DNA of 64,000 nucleotides, taken from assembly GCF_003334815.1 (NCBI RefSeq), contig NZ_QOWO01000021.1; one strand, 5' to 3'. The first letter of the stretch is position 1. The number at the start of each line of letters is the position of its first letter. The notes under the pieces were generated by a model. It had not been told where the DNA came from and did not search any database. It saw only the letters and a program-made list of their open reading frames with translations. Origin of the DNA: Escherichia coli. Its GTDB lineage: Bacteria; Pseudomonadota; Gammaproteobacteria; Enterobacterales; Enterobacteriaceae. A program made the translations under genes and the position numbers. Positions 43,714 to 55,399 of the stretch are shown one piece after another.

Positions 43714-45102
43714 ATGGAAAACAAGTCTGCTCGTGCAAAGGTCCAGGCTTTTGGGGGCTTTTTGACTGCAATGGTCATCCCCAATATTGGTGCTTTTATT
43801 GCCTGGGGTTTTATTACTGCGTTATTTATTCCCACCGGTTGGCTGCCTAACGAACATTTCGCCAAAATTGTCGGCCCGATGATTACCTATTTATTGCCCG
43901 TGATGATTGGTTCTACAGGTGGTCATCTGGTCGGCGGTAAACGCGGGGCGGTCATGGGCGGAATAGGTACTATTGGTGTGATCGTTGGCGCAGAGATCCC
44001 GATGTTCCTTGGCTCAATGATCATGGGGCCGCTCGGTGGGTTGGTCATAAAATATGTCGATAAGGCACTGGAAAAACGCATACCTGCCGGTTTTGAGATG
44101 GTTATCAATAACTTCTCATTAGGTATCGCGGGGATGCTCCTTTGTCTGCTGGGTTTTGAAGTTATCGGCCCGGCGGTGTTAATTGCCAATACTTTCGTCA
44201 AAGAGTGTATTGAGGCGCTGGTACATGCGGGTTATCTGCCATTGTTGTCAGTCATCAATGAACCGGCGAAAGTGCTTTTCCTCAATAATGCGATCGATCA
44301 GGGCGTCTATTATCCGCTGGGAATGCAACAGGCTTCGGTTAACGGTAAATCCATCTTCTTTATGGTGGCCTCTAACCCAGGTCCGGGCCTGGGGCTGCTG
44401 CTGGCGTTTACCTTGTTTGGTAAAGGGATGAGTAAACGTTCTGCGCCCGGGGCGATGATTATTCACTTCCTCGGTGGGATCCACGAACTGTATTTCCCGT
44501 ATGTGCTGATGAAGCCGCTGACCATTATTGCCATGATTGCGGGCGGTATGTCTGGCACCTGGATGTTTAACTTACTGGACGGTGGTCTGGTGGCTGGCCC
44601 AAGTCCGGGGTCTATCTTTGCTTACCTGGCACTGACGCCGAAAGGCTCGTTCCTGGCGACAATTGCCGGTGTTACGGTAGGTACCCTGGTGTCCTTTGCT
44701 ATTACTTCGCTGATACTGAAGATGGAAAAAACGGTGGAAACGGAGAGCGAAGATGAGTTTGCTCAGTCAGCCAATGCGGTTAAGGCGATGAAACAAGAGG
44801 GTGCATTCTCGTTAAGCAGGGTTAAGCGTATCGCCTTTGTTTGCGATGCGGGGATGGGCTCCAGTGCGATGGGCGCGACCACCTTCCGTAAACGCCTGGA
44901 AAAAGCGGGGCTGGCAATTGAAGTAAAACATTACGCCATAGAAAACGTGCCTGCGGATGCGGATATCGTCGTTACTCATGCCAGTCTGGAAGGGCGCGTG
45001 AAACGTGTGACGGATAAACCACTGATATTGATTAATAACTATATTGGCGATCCAAAACTCGACACTTTATTTAATCAATTAACCGCCGAACATAAACACT
45101 GA
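43714..45102 (+). CDS. cmtA: Cryptic mannitol-type PTS enzyme IICB
   Basis: Translation MENKSARAKVQAFGGFLTAMVIPNIGAFIAWGFITALFIPTGWLP... recognised as CmtA. Confidence 0.9.
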   Translation: MENKSARAKVQAFGGFLTAMVIPNIGAFIAWGFITALFIPTGWLPNEHFAKIVGPMITYLLPVMIGSTGGHLVGGKRGAVMGGIGTIGVIVGAEIPMFLGSMIMGPLGGLVIKYVDKALEKRIPAGFEMVINNFSLGIAGMLLCLLGFEVIGPAVLIANTFVKECIEALVHAGYLPLLSVINEPAKVLFLNNAIDQGVYYPLGMQQASVNGKSIFFMVASNPGPGLGLLLAFTLFGKGMSKRSAPGAMIIHFLGGIHELYFPYVLMKPLTIIAMIAGGMSGTWMFNLLDGGLVAGPSPGSIFAYLALTPKGSFLATIAGVTVGTLVSFAITSLILKMEKTVETESEDEFAQSANAVKAMKQEGAFSLSRVKRIAFVCDAGMGSSAMGATTFRKRLEKAGLAIEVKHYAIENVPADADIVVTHASLEGRVKRVTDKPLILINNYIGDPKLDTLFNQLTAEHKH

Positions 45103-45116
45103 TTACAGAGGTAAAA

Positions 45117-46394
45117 ATGAAAACCAAAGTTGCTGCTATTTATGGCAAGCGGGATGTCCGTCTGCGCGTATTTGAACTGCCAGAAATTACCGATAATGAA
45201 TTACTGGTGAGTGTAATTTCTGACAGCGTCTGTTTATCGACCTGGAAAGCGGCGTTACTCGGTAGTGAACATAAACGCGTACCCGACGATTTAGAAAATC
45301 ATCCGGTCATTACCGGGCATGAATGTGCCGGGGTTATTGTCGAAGTGGGTAAAAATCTCACTGGCAAATATAAAAAAGGCCAGCGTTTTGTATTGCAACC
45401 GGCGATGGGGTTACCAAGCGGATATTCAGCGGGCTACAGCTACGAATATTTTGGCGGCAATGCCACTTATATGATTATTCCCGAAATCGCCATTAATTTG
45501 GGCTGCGTATTACCGTATCACGGCTCTTATTTTGCTGCGGCGTCGCTGGCAGAGCCTATGTGCTGCATTATTGGTGCTTATCATGCCAATTATCACACCA
45601 CGCAATATGTTTATGAGCATCGCATGGGCGTCAAACCTGGCGGCAATATTGCACTGCTGGCGTGTGCAGGTCCGATGGGCATTGGCGCTATCGATTACGC
45701 CATTAACGGCGGCATACAACCGTCGCGGGTGGTGGTGGTCGATATCGACGACAAACGTCTGGCGCAGGTACAGAAGCTGCTGCCGGTGGAACTGGCGGCC
45801 AGTAAAGGCATTGAGCTGGTGTATGTGAATACCAAAGGGATGAGCGATCCTGTCCAGATGCTGCGGGCGCTGACAGGAGATGCCGGGTTCGATGACATTT
45901 TTGTTTATGCGGCGGTGCCTGCTGTCGTTGAGATGGCTGATGAATTACTGGCGGAAGATGGCTGTCTGAACTTCTTTGCCGGGCCGACGGATAAAAACTT
46001 CAAAGTGCCGTTTAATTTCTACAACGTCCATTACAACAGCACGCACGTCGTCGGTACATCTGGCGGTTCAACGGACGACATGAAAGAGGCGATTGCCCTT
46101 AGCGCCACTGGGCAGTTACAGCCGTCGTTTATGGTGACCCATATCGGTGGCCTGGATGCGGTGCCAGAAACCGTGCTCAATCTGCCGGATATCCCTGGCG
46201 GTAAAAAACTCATTTATAACGGCGTGACCATGCCGCTCACTGCCATTGCCGATTTTGCCGAAAAAGGCAAAACCGATCCGCTGTTTAAAGAGTTGGCGCG
46301 GCTGGTTGAGGAAACGCACGGCATCTGGAATGAACAGGCCGAGAAATATCTGCTGGCACAATTTGGCGTTGATATCGGGGAGGCCGCGCAATGA
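45117..46394 (+). CDS. yggP: Zinc-dependent polyol/sugar-phosphate dehydrogenase-like protein YggP
   Basis: Translation MKTKVAAIYGKRDVRLRVFELPEITDNELLVSVISDSVCLSTWKAALLG... recognised as YggP. Confidence 0.88.
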   Translation: MKTKVAAIYGKRDVRLRVFELPEITDNELLVSVISDSVCLSTWKAALLGSEHKRVPDDLENHPVITGHECAGVIVEVGKNLTGKYKKGQRFVLQPAMGLPSGYSAGYSYEYFGGNATYMIIPEIAINLGCVLPYHGSYFAAASLAEPMCCIIGAYHANYHTTQYVYEHRMGVKPGGNIALLACAGPMGIGAIDYAINGGIQPSRVVVVDIDDKRLAQVQKLLPVELAASKGIELVYVNTKGMSDPVQMLRALTGDAGFDDIFVYAAVPAVVEMADELLAEDGCLNFFAGPTDKNFKVPFNFYNVHYNSTHVVGTSGGSTDDMKEAIALSATGQLQPSFMVTHIGGLDAVPETVLNLPDIPGGKKLIYNGVTMPLTAIADFAEKGKTDPLFKELARLVEETHGIWNEQAEKYLLAQFGVDIGEAAQ

Positions 46395-47356
46395 TGTCCC
46401 TGGCGTGGCCATTATTTCGCGTTACGGAACAGGCAGCGTTGGCTGCCTGGCCGCAAACCGGATGTGGCGACAAAAATAAAATTGATGGCCTGGCGGTCAC
46501 CGCGATGCGCCAGGCATTAAACGACGTCGCTTTTCGTGGACGAGTGGTTATCGGCGAAGGAGAAATTGACCATGCGCCGATGCTGTGGATTGGCGAAGAG
46601 GTGGGCAAAGGCGATGGGCCAGAAGTCGATATCGCGGTTGATCCCATTGAAGGCACGCGGATGGTGGCGATGGGGCAGAGCAATGCGCTGGCGGTCATGG
46701 CTTTCGCCCCTCGAGATAGCCTGTTACATGCGCCCGATATGTATATGAAAAAGCTGGTTGTTAATCGGCTGGCGGCGGGCGCGATTGATCTGTCTTTGCC
46801 TCTGACGGACAACCTGCGCAACGTGGCGAAAGCGTTAGGCAAACCGCTGGATAAGCTGCGCATGGTTACGCTGGATAAACCGCGCCTGAGTGCCGCGATT
46901 GAGGAAGCAACACAGCTGGGCGTGAAGGTTTTTGCCCTGCCGGATGGCGATGTCGCCGCCAGCGTGCTGACCTGCTGGCAGGATAATCCTTACGATGTGA
47001 TGTACACCATCGGCGGTGCGCCAGAAGGCGTGATTTCTGCCTGTGCCGTTAAAGCATTAGGCGGGGATATGCAGGCCGAGCTGATTGACTTTTGCCAGGC
47101 TAAAGGGGATTACACGGAAAATCGGCAGATTGCAGAGCAGGAGCGCAAGCGTTGCAAGGCAATGGGCGTTGACGTTAACCGTGTGTACTCGCTCGATGAA
47201 CTGGTGAGGGGGAACGATATCCTCTTTAGCGCTACGGGCGTGACGGGCGGTGAGCTGGTGAACGGTATCCAACAGACGGCGAATGGGGTGCGGACGCAGA
47301 CATTACTGATCGGCGGCGCGGACCAAACGTGTAATATAATAGACTCCCTGCATTGA
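46391..47356 (+). CDS. yggF: Fructose-1,6-bisphosphatase class II (GlpX paralogue)
   Basis: Translation MMSLAWPLFRVTEQAALAAWPQTGCGDKNKIDGLAVTAMRQALNDV... recognised as YggF; ATGA overlap with yggP. Confidence 0.9.
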   Translation: MMSLAWPLFRVTEQAALAAWPQTGCGDKNKIDGLAVTAMRQALNDVAFRGRVVIGEGEIDHAPMLWIGEEVGKGDGPEVDIAVDPIEGTRMVAMGQSNALAVMAFAPRDSLLHAPDMYMKKLVVNRLAAGAIDLSLPLTDNLRNVAKALGKPLDKLRMVTLDKPRLSAAIEEATQLGVKVFALPDGDVAASVLTCWQDNPYDVMYTIGGAPEGVISACAVKALGGDMQAELIDFCQAKGDYTENRQIAEQERKRCKAMGVDVNRVYSLDELVRGNDILFSATGVTGGELVNGIQQTANGVRTQTLLIGGADQTCNIIDSLH

Positions 47357-47377
47357 TGGTGATCTATCGGAAGACCA

Positions 47378-47887
47378 ATGGCGACGCTGACAGAAGATGA
47401 TGTGCTTGAGCAACTGGATGCACAGGACAATTTATTTTCATTTATGAAAACTGCGCATACCATTTTGCTCCAGGGGATACGCCAGTTTCTGCCGTCGCTG
47501 TTTGTCGATAACGATGAAGAGATCGTGGAATATGCAGTGAAGCCGTTACTCGCCCAAAGCGGCCCGCTTGACGATATTGATGTTGCACTGCGTTTGATTT
47601 ATGCGTTGGGGAAAATGGATAAATGGTTGTACGCCGATATCACGCATTTTTCCCAGTTCTGGCATTACCTGAACGAACAGGATGAAACGCCCGGATTTGC
47701 CGATGACATGACCTGGGATTTTATCAGCAACGTCAATAGCATAACCCGCAATGCGATGCTCTATGACGCGTTAAAAGCGATGAAGTTCGCTGATTTCTCC
47801 GTCTGGTCAGAGGCGCGTTTTAGCGGAATGGTCAAAACGGCGCTGACGCTGGCAGTAACGACCACCTTAAAGGAATTAACGCCGTGA
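47378..47887 (+). CDS. yggD: MtlR-like regulator YggD
   Basis: Translation MATLTEDDVLEQLDAQDNLFSFMKTAHTILLQGIRQF... recognised as YggD. Confidence 0.88.
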   Translation: MATLTEDDVLEQLDAQDNLFSFMKTAHTILLQGIRQFLPSLFVDNDEEIVEYAVKPLLAQSGPLDDIDVALRLIYALGKMDKWLYADITHFSQFWHYLNEQDETPGFADDMTWDFISNVNSITRNAMLYDALKAMKFADFSVWSEARFSGMVKTALTLAVTTTLKELTP

Positions 47888-48597
47888 AAATTGAATTAAC
47901 GGTGAATGGGCTGAAGATACAGGCACAGTACCAGAACGAAGAGATTGAAAATGTACATAAACCGTTGCTGCACATGTTGGCGGCCTTACAGACGGTAAAT
48001 CCGCAGCGGCGTACGGTGGTTTTTCTTTGCGCTCCGCCGGGGACGGGTAAATCAACCCTAACCACCTTCTGGGAATATCTCGCGCAACAAGACCCGGAAC
48101 TGCCCGCTATTCAGACGCTCCCGATGGATGGTTTTCACCATTACAATAGCTGGCTGGATGCGCATCAATTGCGCCCCTTCAAAGGCGCACCAGAGACATT
48201 TGACGTTGCGAAACTGACGGAAAATCTGCGCCAGGTCGTGGAAGGGGATTGTACGTGGCCGCAGTACGATCGACAAAAGCATGATCCTGTTGAAGATGCG
48301 TTGCACGTTACCGCACCACTCGTCATCGTCGAAGGAAACTGGTTGTTACTGGATGATGAAAAGTGGCTGGAGTTGGCATCTTTCTGCGATTTTTCTATTT
48401 TTATTCATGCACCTGCTCAAATTCTGCGGGAGCGCTTGATTAGTCGTAAAATTGCGGGAGGATTAACGCGGCAAGTAGCCGAAGCATTTTATGCCCGCAC
48501 CGATGGCCCCAATGTCGAGCGTGTGCTGATGAATAGCCGTCAGGCCAATCTGATAGTAGAGATGACTGAAGAAGGCCGGTATCACTTCACAAGCTGA
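47884..48597 (+). CDS. yggC: P-loop nucleoside/pantothenate kinase-like protein YggC
   Basis: GTG start 47884 overlapping yggD stop; Walker A PPGTGKST; recognised as YggC. Confidence 0.88.
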   Translation: MKIELTVNGLKIQAQYQNEEIENVHKPLLHMLAALQTVNPQRRTVVFLCAPPGTGKSTLTTFWEYLAQQDPELPAIQTLPMDGFHHYNSWLDAHQLRPFKGAPETFDVAKLTENLRQVVEGDCTWPQYDRQKHDPVEDALHVTAPLVIVEGNWLLLDDEKWLELASFCDFSIFIHAPAQILRERLISRKIAGGLTRQVAEAFYARTDGPNVERVLMNSRQANLIVEMTEEGRYHFTS

Positions 48598-48881
48598 CAA
48601 TTTATTCCAGTTATTGTAGGGTTATTATTACGCCAGCCTGGAATAAAGCTTCCCACAAAAGGGGATAAAAGTGTGATGTGAGTCAGATAAATGTCTTCTT
48701 CGGCTGGACAAACATTCCTTTTATTCCACGTTTCGCTTATCCTAGCTGAAGCGTTTCAGTCGATTAAATGTTCGACAATTAACCAATCAGTCGCAGTTTG
48801 CGACAGGTAAGGTTTCCCCGGACGATTTGCTGGATTACTCTGTCTGGCAAATTTGCTCAGGGAAAACCTTGCAGGAGATCT

Positions 48882-49901
48882 ATGACCGTACGCGTAGCGA
48901 TAAATGGCTTCGGTCGCATCGGGCGTAATGTGGTTCGTGCTTTGTATGAATCCGGACGCCGGGCGGAAATTACCGTGGTGGCAATCAACGAACTGGCGGA
49001 TGCTGCGGGCATGGCGCATTTGTTGAAATATGACACCAGCCATGGCCGTTTTGCATGGGAAGTACGACAGGAACGCGATCAACTTTTTGTTGGTGATGAC
49101 GCCATCCGCGTATTGCATGAACGTTCACTGCAATCGCTCCCCTGGCGTGAACTTGGCGTTGATGTAGTCCTCGACTGCACCGGCGTATATGGCTCCCGCG
49201 AGCATGGCGAAGCGCATATTGCCGCCGGGGCCAAAAAAGTGCTCTTTTCACATCCTGGCAGTAACGATCTCGACGCGACCGTTGTTTACGGCGTCAATCA
49301 GGATCAACTTCGTGCGGAACACCGCATCGTTTCTAACGCTTCCTGTACCACGAATTGCATAATTCCCGTCATCAAATTGTTAGATGATGCGTACGGTATT
49401 GAGTCCGGCACTGTGACCACAATTCACTCCGCCATGCACGATCAACAGGTTATTGATGCATACCATCCTGACCTGCGTCGCACCCGGGCAGCCAGCCAGT
49501 CGATCATTCCGGTCGATACTAAACTGGCCGCCGGTATCACACGATTTTTTCCGCAATTTAACGATCGCTTTGAAGCGATTGCGGTACGTGTGCCAACCAT
49601 AAATGTGACGGCAATCGATTTAAGCGTGACGGTGAAGAAACCTGTAAAAGCCAATGAAGTCAACCTGTTGCTGCAAAAAGCAGCACAAGGTGCATTTCAT
49701 GGTATAGTTGACTATACGGAATTGCCGTTGGTCTCTGTAGATTTTAACCACGATCCGCACAGTGCCATTGTCGATGGCACCCAAACCCGGGTCAGTGGCG
49801 CACACCTGATCAAAACGTTGGTCTGGTGCGATAACGAATGGGGCTTTGCTAACCGAATGCTCGACACGACGTTAGCTATGGCTACTGTTGCTTTCAGGTA
49901 A
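48882..49901 (+). CDS. epd: D-erythrose-4-phosphate dehydrogenase
   Basis: Translation from [55 protein letters not shown]... recognised as Epd/GapB. Confidence 0.94.
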
Positions 49902-49950
49902 GACGCAAGCAGCGTCTGCAAAACTTTTAGAATCAACGAGAGGATTCACC

Positions 49951-51114
49951 ATGTCTGTAATTAAGATGACCGATCTGGATCTTGCTGGGAAACGTGTATT
50001 TATCCGTGCGGATCTGAACGTACCAGTAAAAGACGGGAAAGTAACCAGCGACGCGCGTATCCGTGCTTCTCTGCCGACCATCGAACTGGCCCTGAAACAA
50101 GGCGCAAAAGTGATGGTAACTTCCCACCTGGGTCGTCCTACCGAAGGCGAGTACAACGAAGAATTCTCTCTGCTGCCGGTTGTTAACTACCTGAAAGACA
50201 AACTGTCTAACCCGGTTCGTCTGGTTAAAGATTACCTCGACGGCGTTGACGTTGCTGAAGGTGAACTGGTTGTTCTGGAAAACGTTCGCTTCAACAAAGG
50301 CGAGAAGAAAGACGACGAAACCCTGTCCAAAAAATACGCTGCACTGTGTGACGTGTTCGTAATGGACGCATTCGGTACTGCTCACCGCGCGCAGGCTTCT
50401 ACTCACGGTATCGGTAAATTCGCTGACGTTGCGTGCGCAGGCCCGCTGCTGGCAGCTGAACTGGACGCGCTGGGTAAAGCACTGAAAGAACCTGCTCGCC
50501 CGATGGTGGCTATCGTTGGTGGTTCTAAAGTATCTACCAAACTGACCGTTCTGGACTCCCTGTCTAAAATCGCTGACCAGCTGATTGTTGGTGGTGGTAT
50601 CGCTAACACCTTTATCGCGGCACAAGGCCACGATGTGGGTAAATCCCTGTACGAAGCTGACCTGGTTGACGAAGCTAAACGTCTGCTGACCACCTGCAAC
50701 ATCCCGGTTCCGTCTGATGTTCGCGTAGCAACCGAGTTCTCTGAAACTGCACCGGCTACCCTGAAATCTGTTAACGATGTGAAAGCTGACGAGCAGATCC
50801 TGGATATCGGTGATGCTTCCGCTCAGGAACTGGCTGAAATCCTGAAGAATGCGAAAACCATTCTGTGGAACGGTCCGGTTGGCGTGTTCGAATTCCCGAA
50901 CTTCCGCAAAGGTACTGAAATCGTGGCTAACGCTATCGCAGACAGCGAAGCGTTCTCCATCGCTGGCGGCGGCGACACTCTGGCAGCAATCGACCTGTTC
51001 GGCATTGCTGACAAAATCTCCTACATCTCCACTGGCGGCGGCGCATTCCTCGAATTCGTGGAAGGTAAAGTACTGCCTGCAGTAGCGATGCTCGAAGAGC
51101 GCGCTAAGAAGTAA
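49951..51114 (+). CDS. pgk: Phosphoglycerate kinase
   Basis: Translation from [45 protein letters not shown]... recognised as Pgk. Confidence 0.96.
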
Positions 51115-51328
51115 AAAATCACAGGGCAGGGAAACCTGCCCTTGTTTCAGCGCGCTTTTAGAGCACGCAATTTTTCATACTCTAAATAATTCGAGTTGCA
51201 GGAAGGCGACAAGAGAGTGAATCCCCAGGAGCTTACATAAGTAAGTGACTGGGGTGAGCGAACGCAGACGCAGCACATGCAACTTGAAGTATGACGAGTA
51301 TAAGGCCCGACGATACAGGACAAGAGAC

Positions 51329-52408
51329 ATGTCTAAGATTTTTGATTTCGTAAAACCTGGCGTAATCACTGGTGATGACGTACAGAAAGTTTTCCAGGTA
51401 GCAAAAGAAAACAACTTCGCACTGCCAGCAGTAAACTGCGTCGGTACTGACTCCATCAACGCCGTACTGGAAACCGCTGCTAAAGTTAAAGCGCCGGTTA
51501 TCGTTCAGTTCTCCAACGGTGGTGCTTCCTTTATCGCTGGTAAAGGCGTGAAATCTGACGTTCCGCAGGGTGCTGCTATCCTGGGCGCGATCTCTGGTGC
51601 GCATCACGTTCACCAGATGGCTGAACATTATGGTGTTCCGGTTATCCTGCACACTGACCACTGCGCGAAGAAACTGCTGCCGTGGATCGACGGTCTGTTG
51701 GACGCGGGTGAAAAACACTTCGCAGCTACCGGTAAGCCGCTGTTCTCTTCTCACATGATCGACCTGTCTGAAGAATCTCTGCAAGAGAACATCGAAATCT
51801 GCTCTAAATACCTGGAGCGCATGTCCAAAATCGGCATGACTCTGGAAATCGAACTGGGTTGCACCGGTGGTGAAGAAGACGGCGTGGACAACAGCCACAT
51901 GGACGCTTCTGCACTGTACACCCAGCCGGAAGACGTTGATTACGCATACACCGAACTGAGCAAAATCAGCCCGCGTTTCACCATCGCAGCGTCCTTCGGT
52001 AACGTACACGGTGTTTACAAGCCGGGTAACGTGGTTCTGACTCCGACCATCCTGCGTGATTCTCAGGAATATGTTTCCAAGAAACACAACCTGCCGCACA
52101 ACAGCCTGAACTTCGTATTCCACGGTGGTTCCGGTTCTACTGCTCAGGAAATCAAAGACTCCGTAAGCTACGGCGTAGTAAAAATGAACATCGATACCGA
52201 TACCCAATGGGCAACCTGGGAAGGCGTTCTGAACTACTACAAAGCGAACGAAGCTTATCTGCAGGGTCAGCTGGGTAACCCGAAAGGCGAAGATCAGCCG
52301 AACAAGAAATACTACGATCCGCGCGTATGGCTGCGTGCCGGTCAGACTTCGATGATCGCTCGTCTGGAGAAAGCATTCCAGGAACTGAACGCGATCGACG
52401 TTCTGTAA
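51329..52408 (+). CDS. fbaA: Fructose-bisphosphate aldolase class II
   Basis: Translation from MSKIFDFVKPGVITGDDVQKVFQVAKENNFALPAVNCVGTDS... recognised as FbaA. Confidence 0.96.
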   Translation: MSKIFDFVKPGVITGDDVQKVFQVAKENNFALPAVNCVGTDSINAVLETAAKVKAPVIVQFSNGGASFIAGKGVKSDVPQGAAILGAISGAHHVHQMAEHYGVPVILHTDHCAKKLLPWIDGLLDAGEKHFAATGKPLFSSHMIDLSEESLQENIEICSKYLERMSKIGMTLEIELGCTGGEEDGVDNSHMDASALYTQPEDVDYAYTELSKISPRFTIAASFGNVHGVYKPGNVVLTPTILRDSQEYVSKKHNLPHNSLNFVFHGGSGSTAQEIKDSVSYGVVKMNIDTDTQWATWEGVLNYYKANEAYLQGQLGNPKGEDQPNKKYYDPRVWLRAGQTSMIARLEKAFQELNAIDVL

Positions 52409-52432
52409 GATATTCCTTTCTGCTTATCTCAA

Positions 52433-52457
52433 GGCCCGCTCTGCGGGTCTTTTTTTC
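52433..52457 (+). terminator. Intrinsic terminator of fbaA
   Basis: Hairpin ggcccgc-tctg-gcgggtc followed by TTTTTTT. Confidence 0.8.
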
Positions 52458-52462
52458 GCCAA

Positions 52463-52578
52463 AAGCAAAATTGCCTGATGCGCTACGCTTATCAGGCCTA
52501 CACGTATCCTGCAATATATTGAATTTGCAGGTTTTTGTAGGCCGGATAAGGCGTTCACGCCGCATCCGGCATGACAAA
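52463..52578. repeat. REP/BIME cluster
   Basis: gcctgatgcgctacgcttatcaggcc and taggccggataaggcgttcacgccgcatccggca units; followed at ~52598-52627 by a second copy of the ccgctctgcggg terminator hairpin. Confidence 0.8.
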
Positions 52579-52765
52579 GCGCACATTGATATCTGTCTGA
52601 GCCCCGCTCTGCGGGGATTTTTTCGCCAAAAGCAAGGTGATTCAGATGAGAAATCTGTGATCTATTTGGCAAAATTATGCTTTATTGTTTACCCTTGTCA
52701 GACTGCCCGTCATAAGGCGGCGGAGTGTATTTCTCCATTTTGAGTCAGTTGAAAAGGAATATTGA

Positions 52766-53626
<861 letters not shown>

Positions 53627-53764
53627 TCAACGCTGAGGCCAGATAATACTCTCTGGCCTCTCTCTTATTAGTTTTTCTGATTGCCAATTAATATTATCAA
53701 TTTCCGCTAATAACAATCCCGCGATATAGTCTCTGCATCAGATACTTAATTCGGAATATCCAAC

Positions 53765-54400
53765 GTGTTTTCTTATTACTTTCAAGGTCTTGCACTTGGG
53801 GCGGCTATGATCCTACCGCTCGGTCCACAAAATGCTTTTGTGATGAATCAGGGCATACGTCGTCAGTACCACATTATGATTGCCTTACTTTGTGCTATCA
53901 GCGATTTGGTCCTGATTTGCGCCGGGATTTTTGGTGGCAGCGCGTTATTGATGCAGTCGCCGTGGTTGCTGGCGCTGGTCACCTGGGGCGGCGTAGCCTT
54001 CTTGCTGTGGTATGGTTTTGGCGCTTTTAAAACAGCAATGAGCAGTAATATTGAGTTAGCCAGCGCCGAAGTCATGAAGCAAGGCAGATGGAAAATTATC
54101 GCCACCATGTTGGCAGTGACCTGGCTGAATCCGCATGTTTACCTGGATACTTTTGTTGTACTGGGCAGCCTTGGCGGGCAACTTGATGTGGAACCAAAAC
54201 GCTGGTTTGCACTCGGGACAATTAGCGCCTCTTTCCTGTGGTTCTTTGGTCTGGCTCTTCTCGCAGCCTGGCTGGCACCGCGTCTGCGCACGGCAAAAGC
54301 ACAGCGCATTATCAATCTGGTTGTGGGATGTGTTATGTGGTTTATTGCCTTGCAGCTGGCGAGAGACGGTATTGCTCATGCACAAGCCTTGTTCAGTTAG
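53765..54400 (+). CDS. argO: Arginine exporter (LysE family)
   Basis: Translation [50 protein letters not shown]... recognised as ArgO. Confidence 0.92.
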   Translation: MFSYYFQGLALGAAMILPLGPQNAFVMNQGIRRQYHIMIALLCAISDLVLICAGIFGGSALLMQSPWLLALVTWGGVAFLLWYGFGAFKTAMSSNIELASAEVMKQGRWKIIATMLAVTWLNPHVYLDTFVVLGSLGGQLDVEPKRWFALGTISASFLWFFGLALLAAWLAPRLRTAKAQRIINLVVGCVMWFIALQLARDGIAHAQALFS

Positions 54401-54492
54401 GCGCTATCTGATGGAAAAATAAAACAGAGGCGCTAAGCTTGCCTCCAGAGGTCCTGAATTTTGGGCAAGTCAATTAACACGGAGAGACTAAC

Positions 54493-55233
54493 GTGAAGTT
54501 CAAAGTTATCGCCCTGGCGGCATTAATGGGTATTAGCGGGATGGCAGCGCAGGCTAACGAATTGCCGGATGGACCGCATATTGTCACCTCCGGTACGGCA
54601 AGCGTGGATGCGGTGCCAGACATTGCCACTCTTGCGATTGAAGTTAACGTGGCCGCGAAGGATGCCGCTACTGCCAAGAAACAGGCAGATGAGCGCGTCG
54701 CACAATACATTTCCTTCCTTGAACTCAATCAGATCGCGAAAAAAGATATCAGCTCAGCGAACTTACGCACCCAGCCAGATTATGATTATCAGGATGGTAA
54801 AAGTATCCTTAAAGGCTACCGCGCTGTGAGAACGGTGGAAGTCACGCTCCGTCAGTTAGACAAACTGAATTCCTTGCTGGATGGCGCGCTGAAGGCGGGT
54901 CTTAACGAAATTCGTTCTGTGTCGCTGGGCGTGGCGCAGCCGGATGCCTATAAAGACAAAGCGCGTAAGGCAGCGATTGATAACGCGATTCATCAGGCGC
55001 AGGAACTGGCGAACGGCTTTCATCGTAAACTGGGGCCGGTATATAGCGTGCGCTACCATGTTTCCAACTATCAGCCCAGCCCAATGGTGCGGATGATGAA
55101 AGCCGATGCCGCGCCGGTGTCCGCCCAGGAAACTTACGAGCAGGCCGCTATTCAGTTTGATGATCAGGTCGATGTGGTCTTCCAGTTAGAACCTGTGGAT
55201 CAACAACCCGCTAAAACACCTGCAGCACAATAA
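54493..55233 (+). CDS. yggE: DUF541 periplasmic oxidative-stress defence protein YggE
   Basis: Translation MKFKVIALAALMGISGMAAQANELPDGPHIVTSGTASVDAVPDIATLAIEV... recognised as YggE. Confidence 0.9.
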   Translation: MKFKVIALAALMGISGMAAQANELPDGPHIVTSGTASVDAVPDIATLAIEVNVAAKDAATAKKQADERVAQYISFLELNQIAKKDISSANLRTQPDYDYQDGKSILKGYRAVRTVEVTLRQLDKLNSLLDGALKAGLNEIRSVSLGVAQPDAYKDKARKAAIDNAIHQAQELANGFHRKLGPVYSVRYHVSNYQPSPMVRMMKADAAPVSAQETYEQAAIQFDDQVDVVFQLEPVDQQPAKTPAAQ

Positions 55234-55399
55234 TATTTGTAGCCCGACGTATTCGTCGGGCTAATGCCTTTACCCGATATTGCCTCCTTTTTCTGTAATT
55301 TTCTGTAAAACCATGACGTAATCACCTATCTTTGCTCGCGGTTTCATCAAGGATAGGCTGACTGAAACGGTTAAGCGGACAAGGATGCGGGGGAGGGGG

